Origin: Podospora anserina
Taxonomy: Eukaryota
Reading direction: 5' to 3'
Assembly: GCA_017654855.1 (NCBI GenBank)
Contig: CM030336.1
Coordinates: 558,001-622,000 of the forward strand
Length of the DNA stretch: 64,000 nucleotides
Each line of letters starts with the position of its first letter. Within the stretch, counting starts at the first letter, position 1. The notes below the pieces were generated by a model. That model was not told the DNA's origin and did not search any database. It was given only the letters and a program-made list of their open reading frames with translations. Position numbers and translations under genes: made by a program. Positions 11,907 through 23,586 of the stretch are shown piece after piece.

Positions 11907-14426
11907 TCAATTCTTGCGCTCCATCCACCCAGCCGGAGCAGCGAGGTGCATATCCATGCCATCCTCATCCTCGTTCTTTTTCTCGTCGTCGATATTTCCG
12001 GGGGCCTGTTCTTCATTGTTAGTCTCGCGTCCATCTTCTCTTCCAAGCTGTTCATGTACAGTCTTACCTGCCTTCTTCTCCTCATTCTTCTGGACCACCA
12101 CCTGGTCCTGCTCTTCATCAGACTCGGTAACATCGGCGTCATGCTCAATCCCTACAGTCGGGGGAGCGGGAGCCGCAGCCGCGGGAGCGGGGGCAAAAGC
12201 TGAGGAGGTAAATCCTTCCTGAGCTGTGGTTGTACCAACCACCGTCGTTGCCGTCGTAACCGCCGGGGCGGGAGCAGCAGCCAGAGGTCGCAGCCCACCA
12301 GTGTTAGGCCGGCCAGGGCGCGCGGGAGGAGGGTCTGTCACCGTCGTCACGGTGATCACGTTCTTGTTCTTCGGGAGACGACCACGGGTTCTCTTCGGGG
12401 CTGGGGCCGGGGCCGGAGGGGGGGATCCAGACCGGGCTCTCTTGGTATCGGCCCTCGGGGAGGGGGTTCCAGAACGGACGCGGCGTCTCTCGTTCGGGCC
12501 TGGCGTCCCCGTGATGGTGCGGCTGACGCCGCCGGGTGCGGTGAGCTTGAGGGAGGGGATTGGTCCGGCGAGGAGGGCAGGGTCGGGTCCAGCGGGGGCG
12601 GTGAAGACGACCCGGGCGTCGGGAGGCAGGTTGTAAGTGTTTCCGACGATAGTCACCGGCGCCACTCCCAAAGACTGGGGAGTTTCCCCCTGAGGGGCGG
12701 GCCTCACAATTCCAGCCGTGGGCTGGGGGCCGGACTTGGGGTGGGCGGGGAAGTAGTAATAGACTGGGCAGCCACACTCGATCTTCATTACCCTGATAAA
12801 CTCCCAGACCTTGTTGCCGGGCTTGGGGATGCTGGCATCGAGTCTCTCGTCCGCGGTCATCTCGATGCTGTCGGCGTGGATACGCTCGACGTCGATGTTG
12901 GATTTGATAACCAACTGGAGCGTCTTAAACTCCTTTCTCACGTCCAAATCCATCCTCTCTGCGCCAAAACAGGCGAGCATATTCCGGATTCTGGCCAGGA
13001 CGGTTTCTTGATGCTGGATATGCATCGTTGTTGTCTGGGCGGCGGCGGCTCGACGACCTTGCTCAACCCCGATGGGGAGAGCGGCTTGCCAGCCGAGGTC
13101 GTATCCGATCACCACCCGCTGATCCATATCGGCGACGAACTGGGGGGTGGTCTGACCGCCGCTGGGAAGGCTGTGATATGCCGACCGGGGGTCGAGGGCA
13201 GCCTCTCTCTTCGCCATCTCGGCCTCTCGTTCCGCCATCTCGGCCAGTCTTCTCTCGATCTCTTTCTCTTTTGCCGCGTTCTCCATGTCCTTCTTGACGA
13301 GGCTGGTGTTGACGGCGACGAAATTCCTGTTCTTCTTCTTCAACTCCTCCTCCTTCTCTTTCAGCGCCTTCTCCTTCTCTTTCAACGCCTCCTCCCTCAT
13401 CCTCAACCCCTCTTCCTTCTTCCCCAGCTCCGTCTCCTCCGGGGGACGTCTATCCTTCTCCTCCAAGGCTCTCTTCTTCTCCTCCAGGTTCTTCTCTTCC
13501 TCCTCCAGCTCCCTCTTCCTCGCCTCCAGGGCCTTATTCTCGTCGTCCAAATCCTCCCTCCAAAGCCGGAGGGTGACCTTTTGGGTCTCGACAATCTTCT
13601 GCTGCTCAAGAATAGCAGCGGCAGCCTTCTCCCTCACCTCCAAATCCTCCTTTTCCTTGTCGAGGGCGTCCTCCCCAGCCGTGAGGGCATCTTCCCGCTC
13701 ATTGAGAGCGGTTTCTATCTCCACAGCCACAGCCTCCCGCTGGAGGAGTTCCGCCTCACGGGACTCGAGACCCGTGAGCTGGTGCTTCTTCTCCTCGATA
13801 GCTCTGGTGAGGCTATCGAGGGAGGCTTTCGCCTCAACCTCGGCCTGGAGAAGCCGCTTCTCCCTCTGGCGGAGGATCTTCTCGAAGTCGGCGAGCCTCG
13901 CCTTCTCTCTGTTGAGAGAGGCGGCGGAGACGGAAGACAGCGCTGGAGAGACAATAGGGACGGCCGGGGCGACAGGGGCGTTGGTGGCGGCGGCGGTGGC
14001 GAGGTTTGCGAGGACCTCACCATACCGAACGATGTCGGTATGGGGGACACTCACGTACCCCCAGGCGTTCTTCCCCTCCACAAAACTCTTCTCCAGGGCT
14101 GTCTGCTCCCTTTGGAGCATCCCCAGGATGTCCCGAGGATGTCCTCCGGGAGGACCAGCGGGCGAACCGGCGAGAGGAGCGGCGATGGTGGCAGGAAAGC
14201 TGCCGAGGGGAGTGCTGGGAGGAGGGAGAGGGAGAGAGGGAGAGGTGGGGGCGAGGGCAAGAAAGTCGGTGCCAACGGGAGTACCCTTGGTAACTAGGTA
14301 CCTCGCGGCCGGGGTCGGAGTGTCCACCTGGAAGGGCGGACTCCCCGTGGTGGGGATGGGAGGGGTGGAGGAGGGGTGGCCAGGATTTTTCCCCTGGCCG
14401 GGGATCGAAGTAAACTCGAGAGGCAT
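11907..14426 (-). CDS. Orphan 839-aa protein: Pro-rich N-terminus, long charged coiled coil, Pro/Arg-rich C-terminal region and acidic tail
   Basis: An uninterrupted 2.5-kb ORF starting at ATG, with E/K/R heptad-rich sequence over roughly aa 170-410 and an AT-hook-like PKRTRGRLPK. A branch point, pyrimidine tract and TAG acceptor lie just 5' of the ATG. Confidence 0.7.
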   Translation of the reverse strand: MPLEFTSIPGQGKNPGHPSSTPPIPTTGSPPFQVDTPTPAARYLVTKGTPVGTDFLALAPTSPSLPLPPPSTPLGSFPATIAAPLAGSPAGPPGGHPRDILGMLQREQTALEKSFVEGKNAWGYVSVPHTDIVRYGEVLANLATAAATNAPVAPAVPIVSPALSSVSAASLNREKARLADFEKILRQREKRLLQAEVEAKASLDSLTRAIEEKKHQLTGLESREAELLQREAVAVEIETALNEREDALTAGEDALDKEKEDLEVREKAAAAILEQQKIVETQKVTLRLWREDLDDENKALEARKRELEEEEKNLEEKKRALEEKDRRPPEETELGKKEEGLRMREEALKEKEKALKEKEEELKKKNRNFVAVNTSLVKKDMENAAKEKEIERRLAEMAEREAEMAKREAALDPRSAYHSLPSGGQTTPQFVADMDQRVVIGYDLGWQAALPIGVEQGRRAAAAQTTTMHIQHQETVLARIRNMLACFGAERMDLDVRKEFKTLQLVIKSNIDVERIHADSIEMTADERLDASIPKPGNKVWEFIRVMKIECGCPVYYYFPAHPKSGPQPTAGIVRPAPQGETPQSLGVAPVTIVGNTYNLPPDARVVFTAPAGPDPALLAGPIPSLKLTAPGGVSRTITGTPGPNERRRVRSGTPSPRADTKRARSGSPPPAPAPAPKRTRGRLPKNKNVITVTTVTDPPPARPGRPNTGGLRPLAAAPAPAVTTATTVVGTTTAQEGFTSSAFAPAPAAAAPAPPTVGIEHDADVTESDEEQDQVVVQKNEEKKAGKTVHEQLGREDGRETNNEEQAPGNIDDEKKNEDEDGMDMHLAAPAGWMERKN

Positions 14427-14679
14427 TATGTTCTCCTAGGAGAAAAAGAAGAGAATGTCAGTCCCTGTTAAGCTGGGATGTTTTTTGGTCGTTTGTGAAC
14501 GCTGCTGTCTTGTGTGCAAACGACATGACTTGGTGAGGAAACGGTGCTATCTCGTGTGAAAACGGTGATATTTTGTAAGGAGACGATGAGGTATCGGTGT
14601 GTACACGGCTATGCATCGTTTGTGAATGTTTATGCATCGTGTGCAGATGGCTATGTCTTGTGGGGAGGCGGATATGTAA

Positions 14680-15430
14680 CTTCAAACTTTTAACTTGGAC
14701 GTTTTCTCACGATCTTGGGGTTCATGAGAAAACAATGCTAAGTCAAAATCTGGGGGTTGAAAACGCCAAATCCTTGTGACTAGACGAATACCACACTCGT
14801 GAGAAAACGCTGCCAAGTCAAAATCACACTCATGAGAAAGCACTGCTACCTCGAGTCAAATTTGGGGTTTGAAAACACAAAGTCCGTGTAAAGACAGATC
14901 TCAAATCCTTGACTTGAATATTTTTTTTCTGTGCTCAAAAACAATGCCAGGTCAAAGTTTGGGGTTGAAAATGCCAAATCCGTAGACCAGTCGAATCTCA
15001 ACATCGTGAAAAAACATCCAAGTCAAAAGTTTGAAGCTTGCCAATTCCAAATCTTGTTGACGGGACGAATCTCATCATAGCAAGAGAACGCCCAAGTCAA
15101 AAGATTGGAGTGCGGAAACATCAGCTCTTCCTGGCAAGGCCCGTCTCACACTTGTGGGAGATTGGTGCTAAAGTCAAGAGAATAGGGGGTGTAGAATATG
15201 AAGATTTGTGTTTCAGAATGCCAGATCTGATGATAGGACAAGTTTCGCACTATACTGTGAGAAAATGTCCAAGTCAAAATGTTGAATTGGGGACACCTAA
15301 TCTTCGTGACGAGACAGTCTCCACATATGTGAGAATAAATGCCAATTCTGAAAAGGGGGGTTTGGAGACAGATCTCACACTTGTGAGAACATGCTGCAAG
15401 GCAGACAGGGTTTGGGGGTTGAAAGGCAGA
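14680..15430. repeat. Degenerate ~70-100-bp tandem repeat array with one inverted unit
   Basis: A recurring core GTGAGAAAA..GCCAAGTCAAAA..TGGGG.TTGAAAA is seen near 14741, 14816, 14854, 14950, 15021, 15095, 15171, 15272 and ~15345-15420. 14680-14713 is the reverse complement of 15003-15036 (31/34). Confidence 0.85.
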
Positions 15431-18400
15431 ATGCTTGCCAGGAAGCAACGTTCAAAAGCATTTGCGGCAGTGCTTGTGTTGTATGTAGACGGGGTGGACT
15501 TTTGTGAAGTCTTGTGACGGAATGACGTTGCAAGAAAGGATATTAGTGTAAAGGCAATACTAAGATCAAAAACCTTTTGTGCGTGACACAAAGGTAAGAT
15601 CAAAGACTTGGTGCGGGAGCAACGCTGAGCCCAAAAGGCTTCCATGCATGGGGAGGATGCCGGTGTAGAGGAAGGGAAGAAAGGGTGTTGATGTAGAAGG
15701 TATGTCCAGATAGAGGATCTTGGTGTGGGAACAATGTCAAGACACAAACTCTTGTGTGGAGACAAGATGAGATGGAAGTGTGATGCGAATATCAGACTAG
15801 AATAGGAAGGGTGTGCGGGAATGGTGGAATAATACGTACTCTTGAGCGGGCGAAGTTTGGTTGGTTGTCTGAGGAAAGAGAACAGTTAGCAAAGGATCTG
15901 AAAGTGGTAGTGCTGCAAGCAATTGACAAGACATTCGCCCAATCATCTGAAAGAGGTAACCCCAACTCTTGATAAGACGACTCGGAGGTGCTAGTGCTCG
16001 TGAAAAGATGTGTTCCCTTGCAGAGGGAATCTCGGCCCCGTGGAAGTAGGAATCCCTCGCTTGAGAGTTGACGTTGAACAGGCAGTGTGCCCCAACATCG
16101 TAATTCCATAGCTTTGATACCATCTTCTTCAAGACAGACCTTGCTTCCATGCAGACTGAGGGTGTAAACTGTGACGTCACCCTTGTGATCGAGTGGTCGG
16201 TAGTCATGAAGACGGCCAGGAGTCGCGACTCGACGACCCTGGAGTAGATTTGACCGCAAACAAGCCAAGCAGGAGACTTGAAGCCATCATGATAAAAAAA
16301 ACAACAAGAAGAAAAGGAAATACCTACGATCGTTCTCGCGGGGCGACAGCAGGGGCGGGCGAGGCAGAAGCAGAGGCGAAGGCGAGCGAGGGCGAGAACA
16401 GAAAATTCTCGCGGGCGTGGAGGTTAAAAAAATGAAAAAGGAAAAGCATCAGGGCTAGACGAAGACCTTAAGTAAACAAACCCCCTCAGGCAAGCACTGA
16501 AAATTATAGAAGGCCTACCGCCTATAGGCCAGGGCATCTACCAGCGTGGTTTATGAGCAGGAAGACCGTTCTTGGGGCAGGAACGTCCTTATCGCGCCAT
16601 TGTCTGCTAACGATACTCAAGTCTTCCTAATCTCCCGGTATGCTTCTCATCTGTCTCCTGAAGACATCTTGAGATCTGGTTCATCTTGTTCCATCCCGAA
16701 CAGTGGCATACACCATAGGGTGGAAGAGCCCAGTCTCCTCATCGCGAACCCCTGTTTTTAGAGAGCAACCAGGCATGGCAGCAAAAGTGGAGCCAGTTGT
16801 TTGGGTAAAACAACACAAAGATGGTGGGAGACGAGCAGTGACAGGAGAGCACGGCCCCCTGATATTTATAAGAGAGAGAAGATAGCTAGGTATTAATTAT
16901 TGAGCATAAGGTATGTTACTATATAAGACTCCTGGGGCCAGATCAGCCCCAGCTTTTGGATGAAGGCTTGTGAAATATAATTATATATACCCTTATTGAC
17001 GTCCAAAAATCATAAGGCTTTTATTGGCTTCCATAGGTAAGCATGTACAGGGAGCCCTTGACGCTCAGAATCCAATATGCGCTTACGTTGAAGCTTAAAG
17101 GTCTATCTGTGTGTCTTTATTGCCAACGAATAGATCACGAACCCAAGCAACAAGCCACAAACTCTATCCAATTTCGTTTGCTGAGTACCATCCCAGCGAG
17201 CGATGCCACTGTTCCAAAACTCCCAGACTGACCGGGTACTTCGTTGTATCTGGGACAAGGGGCTCGGCGGCGACAAGGATTGTTGTTAGGGCGAGTGATA
17301 CTTGCAAATAACGAGTCAGTTGCAGAAACAACATCAAGCTTTGTCAGTCCTGGTCCATCATCGTCGGGAAGTAGGGTAGTTGTTGTTGGTTAAATGCACA
17401 AGACCGATCCCAACGTTGTCTGCTTGCTGAGTTTGTGAACCAGATGCGGGCACATGATGGCAGAATGGATGGTTTATTCTACGTCTTCCATTGTATGCGC
17501 GTTTCCGGTTGCCGAGAAAGGAGACGATTGGCTGTGACATATACTAGAACATAATCCTACAAACCTTGTTCGCCGTGGCAAAAGCCAATAGCACCTGGGG
17601 CTGGCCCCGTATTAGAAGCTAAAGAAAACGATAAAGTGACATTCAAGGGCCCTACATGATATGACCGAACCTCTTTTAGCAACAACCCCCAAGGTGTCGC
17701 CTCAGCCGCTGTCTATCCTGTGGAAGACTCACCAGAAGTCACCGCTTCTTTGCTGAAGGGGTCTGTTGGTGATATCTGCCACTGCCCATCCCGTCACATC
17801 CTCCAGTGTATCATGTCCTTCTTCTTCTTCTTCTTCGTATTCCAGACTCCTTGGGCATCTTATGCAAGGGATAACAATCGTGGCTTGTGGCGGCGCACAA
17901 TCATCACGGGCTCACATGATCGTTTTGACAAGGCAGCATGTGCATTCACCGGCATCGTTGGGGGCCGGGGACTGTTGGAATCGTTGGTGACGAGATGCTG
18001 TGTAACCACACCTTTGACCACAGAAATGGTTCGTCTGCGAGGCGGGCAGTTTGAACCGGGATGACGGGATGGCTGACAGAGCAGTCTGACTGTGCCTGCT
18101 GTTGGATGATGCAGGTACGTGTATCTTTTTCGAGTGATGACTGTGTAATATTCACGCCTCGTACCTCTCTGATCTGACAGCTTTGGGGGTCTTTGGGAGG
18201 AAATCGCACTGCGGTGAAGTGAGGGAGTGTCAGCGTTGAGGTCATGGGGACAGAAATTGAGGTGCAGAGGACATACTTCTTGATCGATGTAGAGGAAGTG
18301 CCACAGACAGACAGGCAGCAACCGATCCGTCACAGAAACCTGTGCCGCTGGGTGGAAGACATACCAGAAAAATAAGCACAGAACAGATCAAAACCATGTG

Positions 18401-19155
18401 GCTCCCGGCGAGCCCCGTAGGGCTGAAGAGCAATCTCTGTCACACCACACGGCAGCTCTTTGCTCGTGTGCCGCACAATGTTCTCTTCCTTCAGGATTCT
18501 CGGTTTTTCGGGTGGTGGGGGATAGCCGAGGAGGGGCCCCCAATTACAGGGCACAGCACCGCAGAAAGGCAGTTTTATTCACTCGGATATCGGGGCTAGC
18601 ATCGGCATTCAATCACTTCCCGCACCGACTCCAGGTTCAGCGGCGCATACCGCGGCAGGACACGACTGCGGATATGTCTTGCGATGAAAAGCCACATGGG
18701 ATTGAAAGCACATTCTTGGTACGAATCATTGCCCATCCCGACACACCCACCAGATTGCCGACACATCCAGATCTAGTTTAGGCACTCGCATATCGCACTC
18801 CCCCTTTGCCTGGCAAACATGGACGCCACAGACATCGAGTATGGACAACCCCGACGTGGCTCGGCCATTGAAGAATGTTAGTGGAGGTAGAGGGGGATGC
18901 CTGCTTGGGGTTGGGGGTCTAAGCCAACACCAAGAACTACCTGGAGGGATACGTACGCTGCCCGGTCTCACGGAAGTACCTAGCAGGTTGGAGGATTATC
19001 TGGTGGGTGTACAAGCCTCCTTGGTGCTACTAAGTAAGGTATACAAACTCTAAGACAGGCCGTCATCCATATCATGGAGCTGTTCCTCGTTTCTCCCCTG
19101 GGTCTGTTGTGCCTGGGTTCCAGCATTTCTCTAGATACCAGCATAGTCACCAAAG

Positions 19156-20943
19156 ATGGCCTCCCTACTCCTACCATCCCCTCAGCTTCCCCGTCTAGCC
19201 AACCTCCTCACAAGCTCAATACTCCTCCACCTCCTCATCGCCCTCCTCCTCCTAAGTCTCGCCTACCGTGTCCACCGCTGGCATAAACTCTGTCATGTCC
19301 CTGGCCCCTTCCTAGCAGGATGGACCTCCCTCTGGCTCACCCGCGGCTTCATCAGCTACAAAGTCTACGAAGACATGCACGCCCTCACCAAGAAATATGG
19401 TCCTGTCGTCCGTGTAGCTCCAAACAAGGTGATCATCAACAACATTGACTCCATCTACCGCATCACCAGCGCGCGGTCAGAGTACAAAAAGAGTGACTGG
19501 TACCTCCTCGCACGGGTGATGCCGGGGGCGGATAATCTCCTCTCAATGAGAGATCCAAAGCTGAGAGCCAAGAGGTTGAGACATGTCCTCCCAGCCGTAA
19601 GTTCCCTCCACCCTTTCAAGTAGGAGCGACACTGACAGAGATAGTTCTCTGGCAAAAACCAAGACGACTTCGAACCCGCCGTTGACAAAACCATCTCCAC
19701 CCTCCTCGACCTCATCAACACCAAATACCTCTCATCCCCCTCCCAACACCGCCTCATGAACCTGGCCCAGAAATCCCACTTCTACACCTTGGACTCGTTC
19801 GGTGAAATAGCCTACAGCCAGTCCTTCGGCTCCCTCGACACCGACAGCGACGTCCTCGGCATCGTCAAAACAGGCGACGTGACCTTCCCTCTGCTTAGCG
19901 CGGTGCACAACCACCACAAGATCTTCCAGACGATTCAAAAATGGCCTTTTTACTACCTCCTACCCAGGGAAGGGGACAAAGTCGGTTTTGGGAGGGTGTT
20001 TGGCCTGGCGCTGGAGATTGTGAACAAGAGGTCGAGGGAGGTTGGGGAGGAGGGGGTGGATAAAAAGAGGGATATGCTGCAGAGCATGATGGACAATGGG
20101 CTGGAGGGGGATGAGCTGAGGAGTGAGGTTGCCATGTCTTTGTATGCCTCCCTTCCCTTCCTTTCCTTTCCTTTCCTTTCATCTACTCACTCATATGGGA
20201 TAAAACGGAAGCTAACCTATGTGTGTGTGTGTGTGTGTGGTAGTTTTGTCGGGTCGGACACGGTTGCATCCGCCATCAGAATGACAATGTTGTTGCTCAT
20301 GACACACCCCGCTGTGTATAGGCGTTTACAAGACGAAATCGACGACTCGACAGAGAAGGGTAGGATCAGCAGGCCGGTGACCAACGATGAGGCGAAGAGG
20401 CATCTTCCGTACATGCAGGCTGTGATTCAAGAGTCACTCCGGTTATTCCCCCCCTCGTCAATCGTCCCGTTTTTCAAGGAGGTCCCTGAGACGGGGGATA
20501 CAGTCGACGGGTACTACCTCCCCAAGGGAACCACCATCGGCACAGGCTGTGTCATGTGGAGTATGAACCGCGACGAAGACTTCTGGAGTCCGGACGCGAA
20601 CCTCTTCCGACCGGAGAGGTGGCTTGAAGCGAACGAGGAGAGACGGACCGAGATGGAACGGTGTGTGGATTTGATCTTTGGGAGTGGCAAGTTTGTCTGT
20701 GCTGGGAAGAAGATTGCGTTTATGCAGATGAACAAGTTGTTTCCCGAGGTGAGTTTCATCTTACACATTACACTGTTTTTTTTTTGGTGGCTGAAGTGTG
20801 GGGTGATGGTGGCTGACGTTTATTGATTGTAGTTACTGAGAGGGTATAACTGGTCTCTGCCAGATCCGTTGCGCCTGCCAACGATTGATAACCCTACCAT
20901 CTGGGATATCCACGGGTTGATGGTGCGGATAGAGAAGAGGTAG
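19156..20943 (+). CDS. Cytochrome P450 monooxygenase (pisatin-demethylase-like by overall appearance)
   Basis: Exons 19156-19596, 19645-20141, 20244-20748 and 20833-20943. N-terminal TM followed by VPGP; I-helix VGSDTVA; ExxR (QESLRL); FRPERW; heme motif FGSGKFVCAG. Confidence 0.93.
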
Positions 20944-21129
20944 AGCATCCAGACTCTCATTTCGAGAGAAATCCAATGTTGTATCTAGAAGATATATTGC
21001 CAAAAACTGAGGAAGATTTCTTCTTTATTTTTACATTCACCCCTAAGTCTTCCAATGATCCTGAAGCATATAAGCGCCGACAGAAAATAAAATTTGAAAA
21101 CAAAACGGGCTGTAGAAAATATAGGTACT
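20942..21129 (+). repeat. Dispersed ~190-bp direct repeat, copy 2, starting at the P450 stop codon
   Basis: Aligns with 1618-1809. Confidence 0.9.
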
Positions 21130-22144
21130 TCGGTACATCGACCTTGTATTTTCAGATGATAAGAAGCATAACTCTTTGTATATCTGGACATTTACCAGTC
21201 CGATCTCTGAAGCAGAAATCATGATCATCTATGTGCCATCCTAAGGAATGCGTTTTGCTGAGGATTCAGCTGAGCGACTGGATTACGCTTGGATGTCCGT
21301 ACGCGTTTGTGCTGGACTTGGCTCTCACAAAAACGAGGAGGCGAAATGGCGTTTTGTGGTGGAGTCAGGTTCAGGGCAGCACAATGATAATTTCAGAGGG
21401 GCCCCGACATCAGCCGAGGATCTCGTTCACGGCTCCCGGATCACTCACGTTCGGGAAAAGAGGGGGAGTTAACCGTCAAATCGTCAGATCTCAAGAAGAG
21501 ACGAATACCCTAGCTCTCTACAAAACGCACACTTGCCCTCTAGAAAACGCACTTTCTTGCCATCTACCAAGAAAAGTCCGCACTATCTTCCCCTCCACAG
21601 CCCCTCAAAGCAGAGTCCGCAGCTTCCCTAGGAAAAGAGAGTTATGTTTAAGATTTTTGTTTATAGCTGTCACAGCAAAGCCATGAAAAATATTTGGAAG
21701 AGTATTCCTTTCTGTATGGTTGGAGAGAAGCTTGCTGCTTAAACGCTTTGTAACTGCTTAGGCCTGAATGGTGATCAACCTCCAAAGAACCGTCGCTGTG
21801 TTCCTGATCATCCCCGCCGGTATACCCTCTTTCTCCTACTAATCAGAATCCGAAAGATGGTTGTCTGTTTCAGAATTGTCTCCGCATTCCCCCGAAAACC
21901 TGTTGGAAATTGGTTATACCAACACACAGGGTGTCGCCGTCATGATTCTACCCCGCTTTGGGACGATCGTAGGTAAGACAGCCGTCCTGAATATACAAGC
22001 CTTGTGTTCCTTCCGTAAAATGGAATGGAGCGTTCGGTAAAGGGAAAAGGATAGGCAGGCTTGTATATAAAGAGCTGTTGAGCGTTTTGATCTAGGAAAA
22101 GTTGACGGTTCATCAGCTCTGCTCATGCTCGGCATGCCGCTGAG

Positions 22145-22635
22145 TTGGTGGCCAAGGCGCTCATCGATCCGACTCTGACGATTGCTAAAGGAGGGAAGCC
22201 CACTGTACTTGTGAACATGTACTTCAAGGCGCAAACTCATCAGTACATCGTTGTCTTCGACGAGACGGTCAAGAGCAGACTGATCACTCGTGAAGACTTT
22301 GATCGGATCAAAGTTCGTACAGTAGATGGCTCCCAGGATTCGCGGCAGACTTGGTGGCCCAAGATTTCGTCAGAAATCGTTTCCCAGGATTCACTGCCGA
22401 CAAACAGCGCCTGTGTGTCTCCGTGACCAGAGCCAGGCTTACTGAAGTCATTCTGGTGAATCGAGGTATCTTTGACAATCTCCCGTTCGGCGATAGAGAC
22501 ATGAGAAAGGGTTACGACCTTGCCATCTTGGAGTCTATGCACATTGAGCTCGCGAAAACCGGCGGCGTCAACACGGGGTCGGTTTGTTCCCATTGTGAAA
22601 ATCGAGGAACTAAGTATCTTTATGGTGTGGCCTGA
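22145..22635 (+). pseudogene. C-terminal fragment of a UPF1/DNA2-NAM7-like SF1 helicase (AAA_12)
   Basis: IKVRTVDGSQ, then a frameshift, then ADLVAQDFVRNRFPGFTADKQRLCVSVTRAR, matching SF1 motifs V and VI. Confidence 0.75.
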
Positions 22636-23586
22636 AGAGCAGGCAAGTTTTATAACTGCCAAGATCGGTCGGAAAACATCATAATCACTGGAGGCTCAAG
22701 TTCCGGACAGTGGCCGGTTTGGTATTGCTCGTAGCGGGCATCTTGGCAATTTGGTCGTGCGAGGGATCTTTTTCAATATCCACCTGCGGTTTTATCTCGC
22801 CTTGTTGAGTCCAGATGAATCCCAGCGCGGGCGGACGGCACTCCCGCGTTTTGAGCCGGCCCGCAACTTGAGCGGACCCGGGGAGGGAGAGGTTGCGGTT
22901 GACTCCCACAACTCGGGACACCACCGCTAGGGGAGGTTGCGGGACCCTGCCTTGAGCGGACCATCAACGAGGGAAGCTGCGGGAACCTCCCCCCAATTGA
23001 TGGACGGGATGTGGTGGTGGGGCATTTTTTGCGGTACCAATCATTTTTGTCTACGACATGTGTGGCTTGGCTTTCTTGTTTCTCGATTTGTGTCCACTTC
23101 CCCACATTATGTTGGTTGGTTGGAAATACCCACAAATCCCCATTCCAACGGCGCCACACCCAGATCATTACATATTACAGCAAATGATTGACGGCGACTT
23201 CGAGCAAATTTGCAGTGTGGTGTGCCTCTGCAGTGGTCTCGATGGAAGGGCAGCCCCGACCGGGAACCAGACAAACCTGGCGACTTCAGACCAGGTCCAA
23301 CATTCAGCGTCGTCGCCAGACCTCCAAAACTCCATCAATCTATAAGTAATAAGGAAACGAAAAGTGGAAACCTGTTTATACCAATGGTTCTATCCGCTTA
23401 GAGATGGCCCTGCGAAAAAGGCCATCGATGTTACTGGTGCTGCGGACCTCTGCATCCTGGTGACAGCGATCCAGACCGTCCCCAGCTTTGTAATAACCGC
23501 ACGAAGCAGCCGCCAACTTTACAATGTTGCTGCTATTGCGATAGCATCTCTTCTTCCCAAGTAGTATCCTCGCTGAAGCTGAAGCC

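Noticed and set aside
11907-14426. Spok meiotic-driver homolog
   Set aside because: It has a coiled coil, but no recognisable nuclease or kinase-like domain motifs.
12741-14439. 518-aa and 384-aa plus-strand ORFs
   Set aside because: They are antisense shadows of the low-complexity coiled-coil ORF.
14680-15430. CRISPR-like array
   Set aside because: The context is eukaryotic, the repeats are too degenerate, the intervening sequences are mutually related, and there are no cas genes.
16895-17080. Possible RIP-mutated solo LTR
   Set aside because: It is AT-rich, but no matching TSD or clear termini were found.
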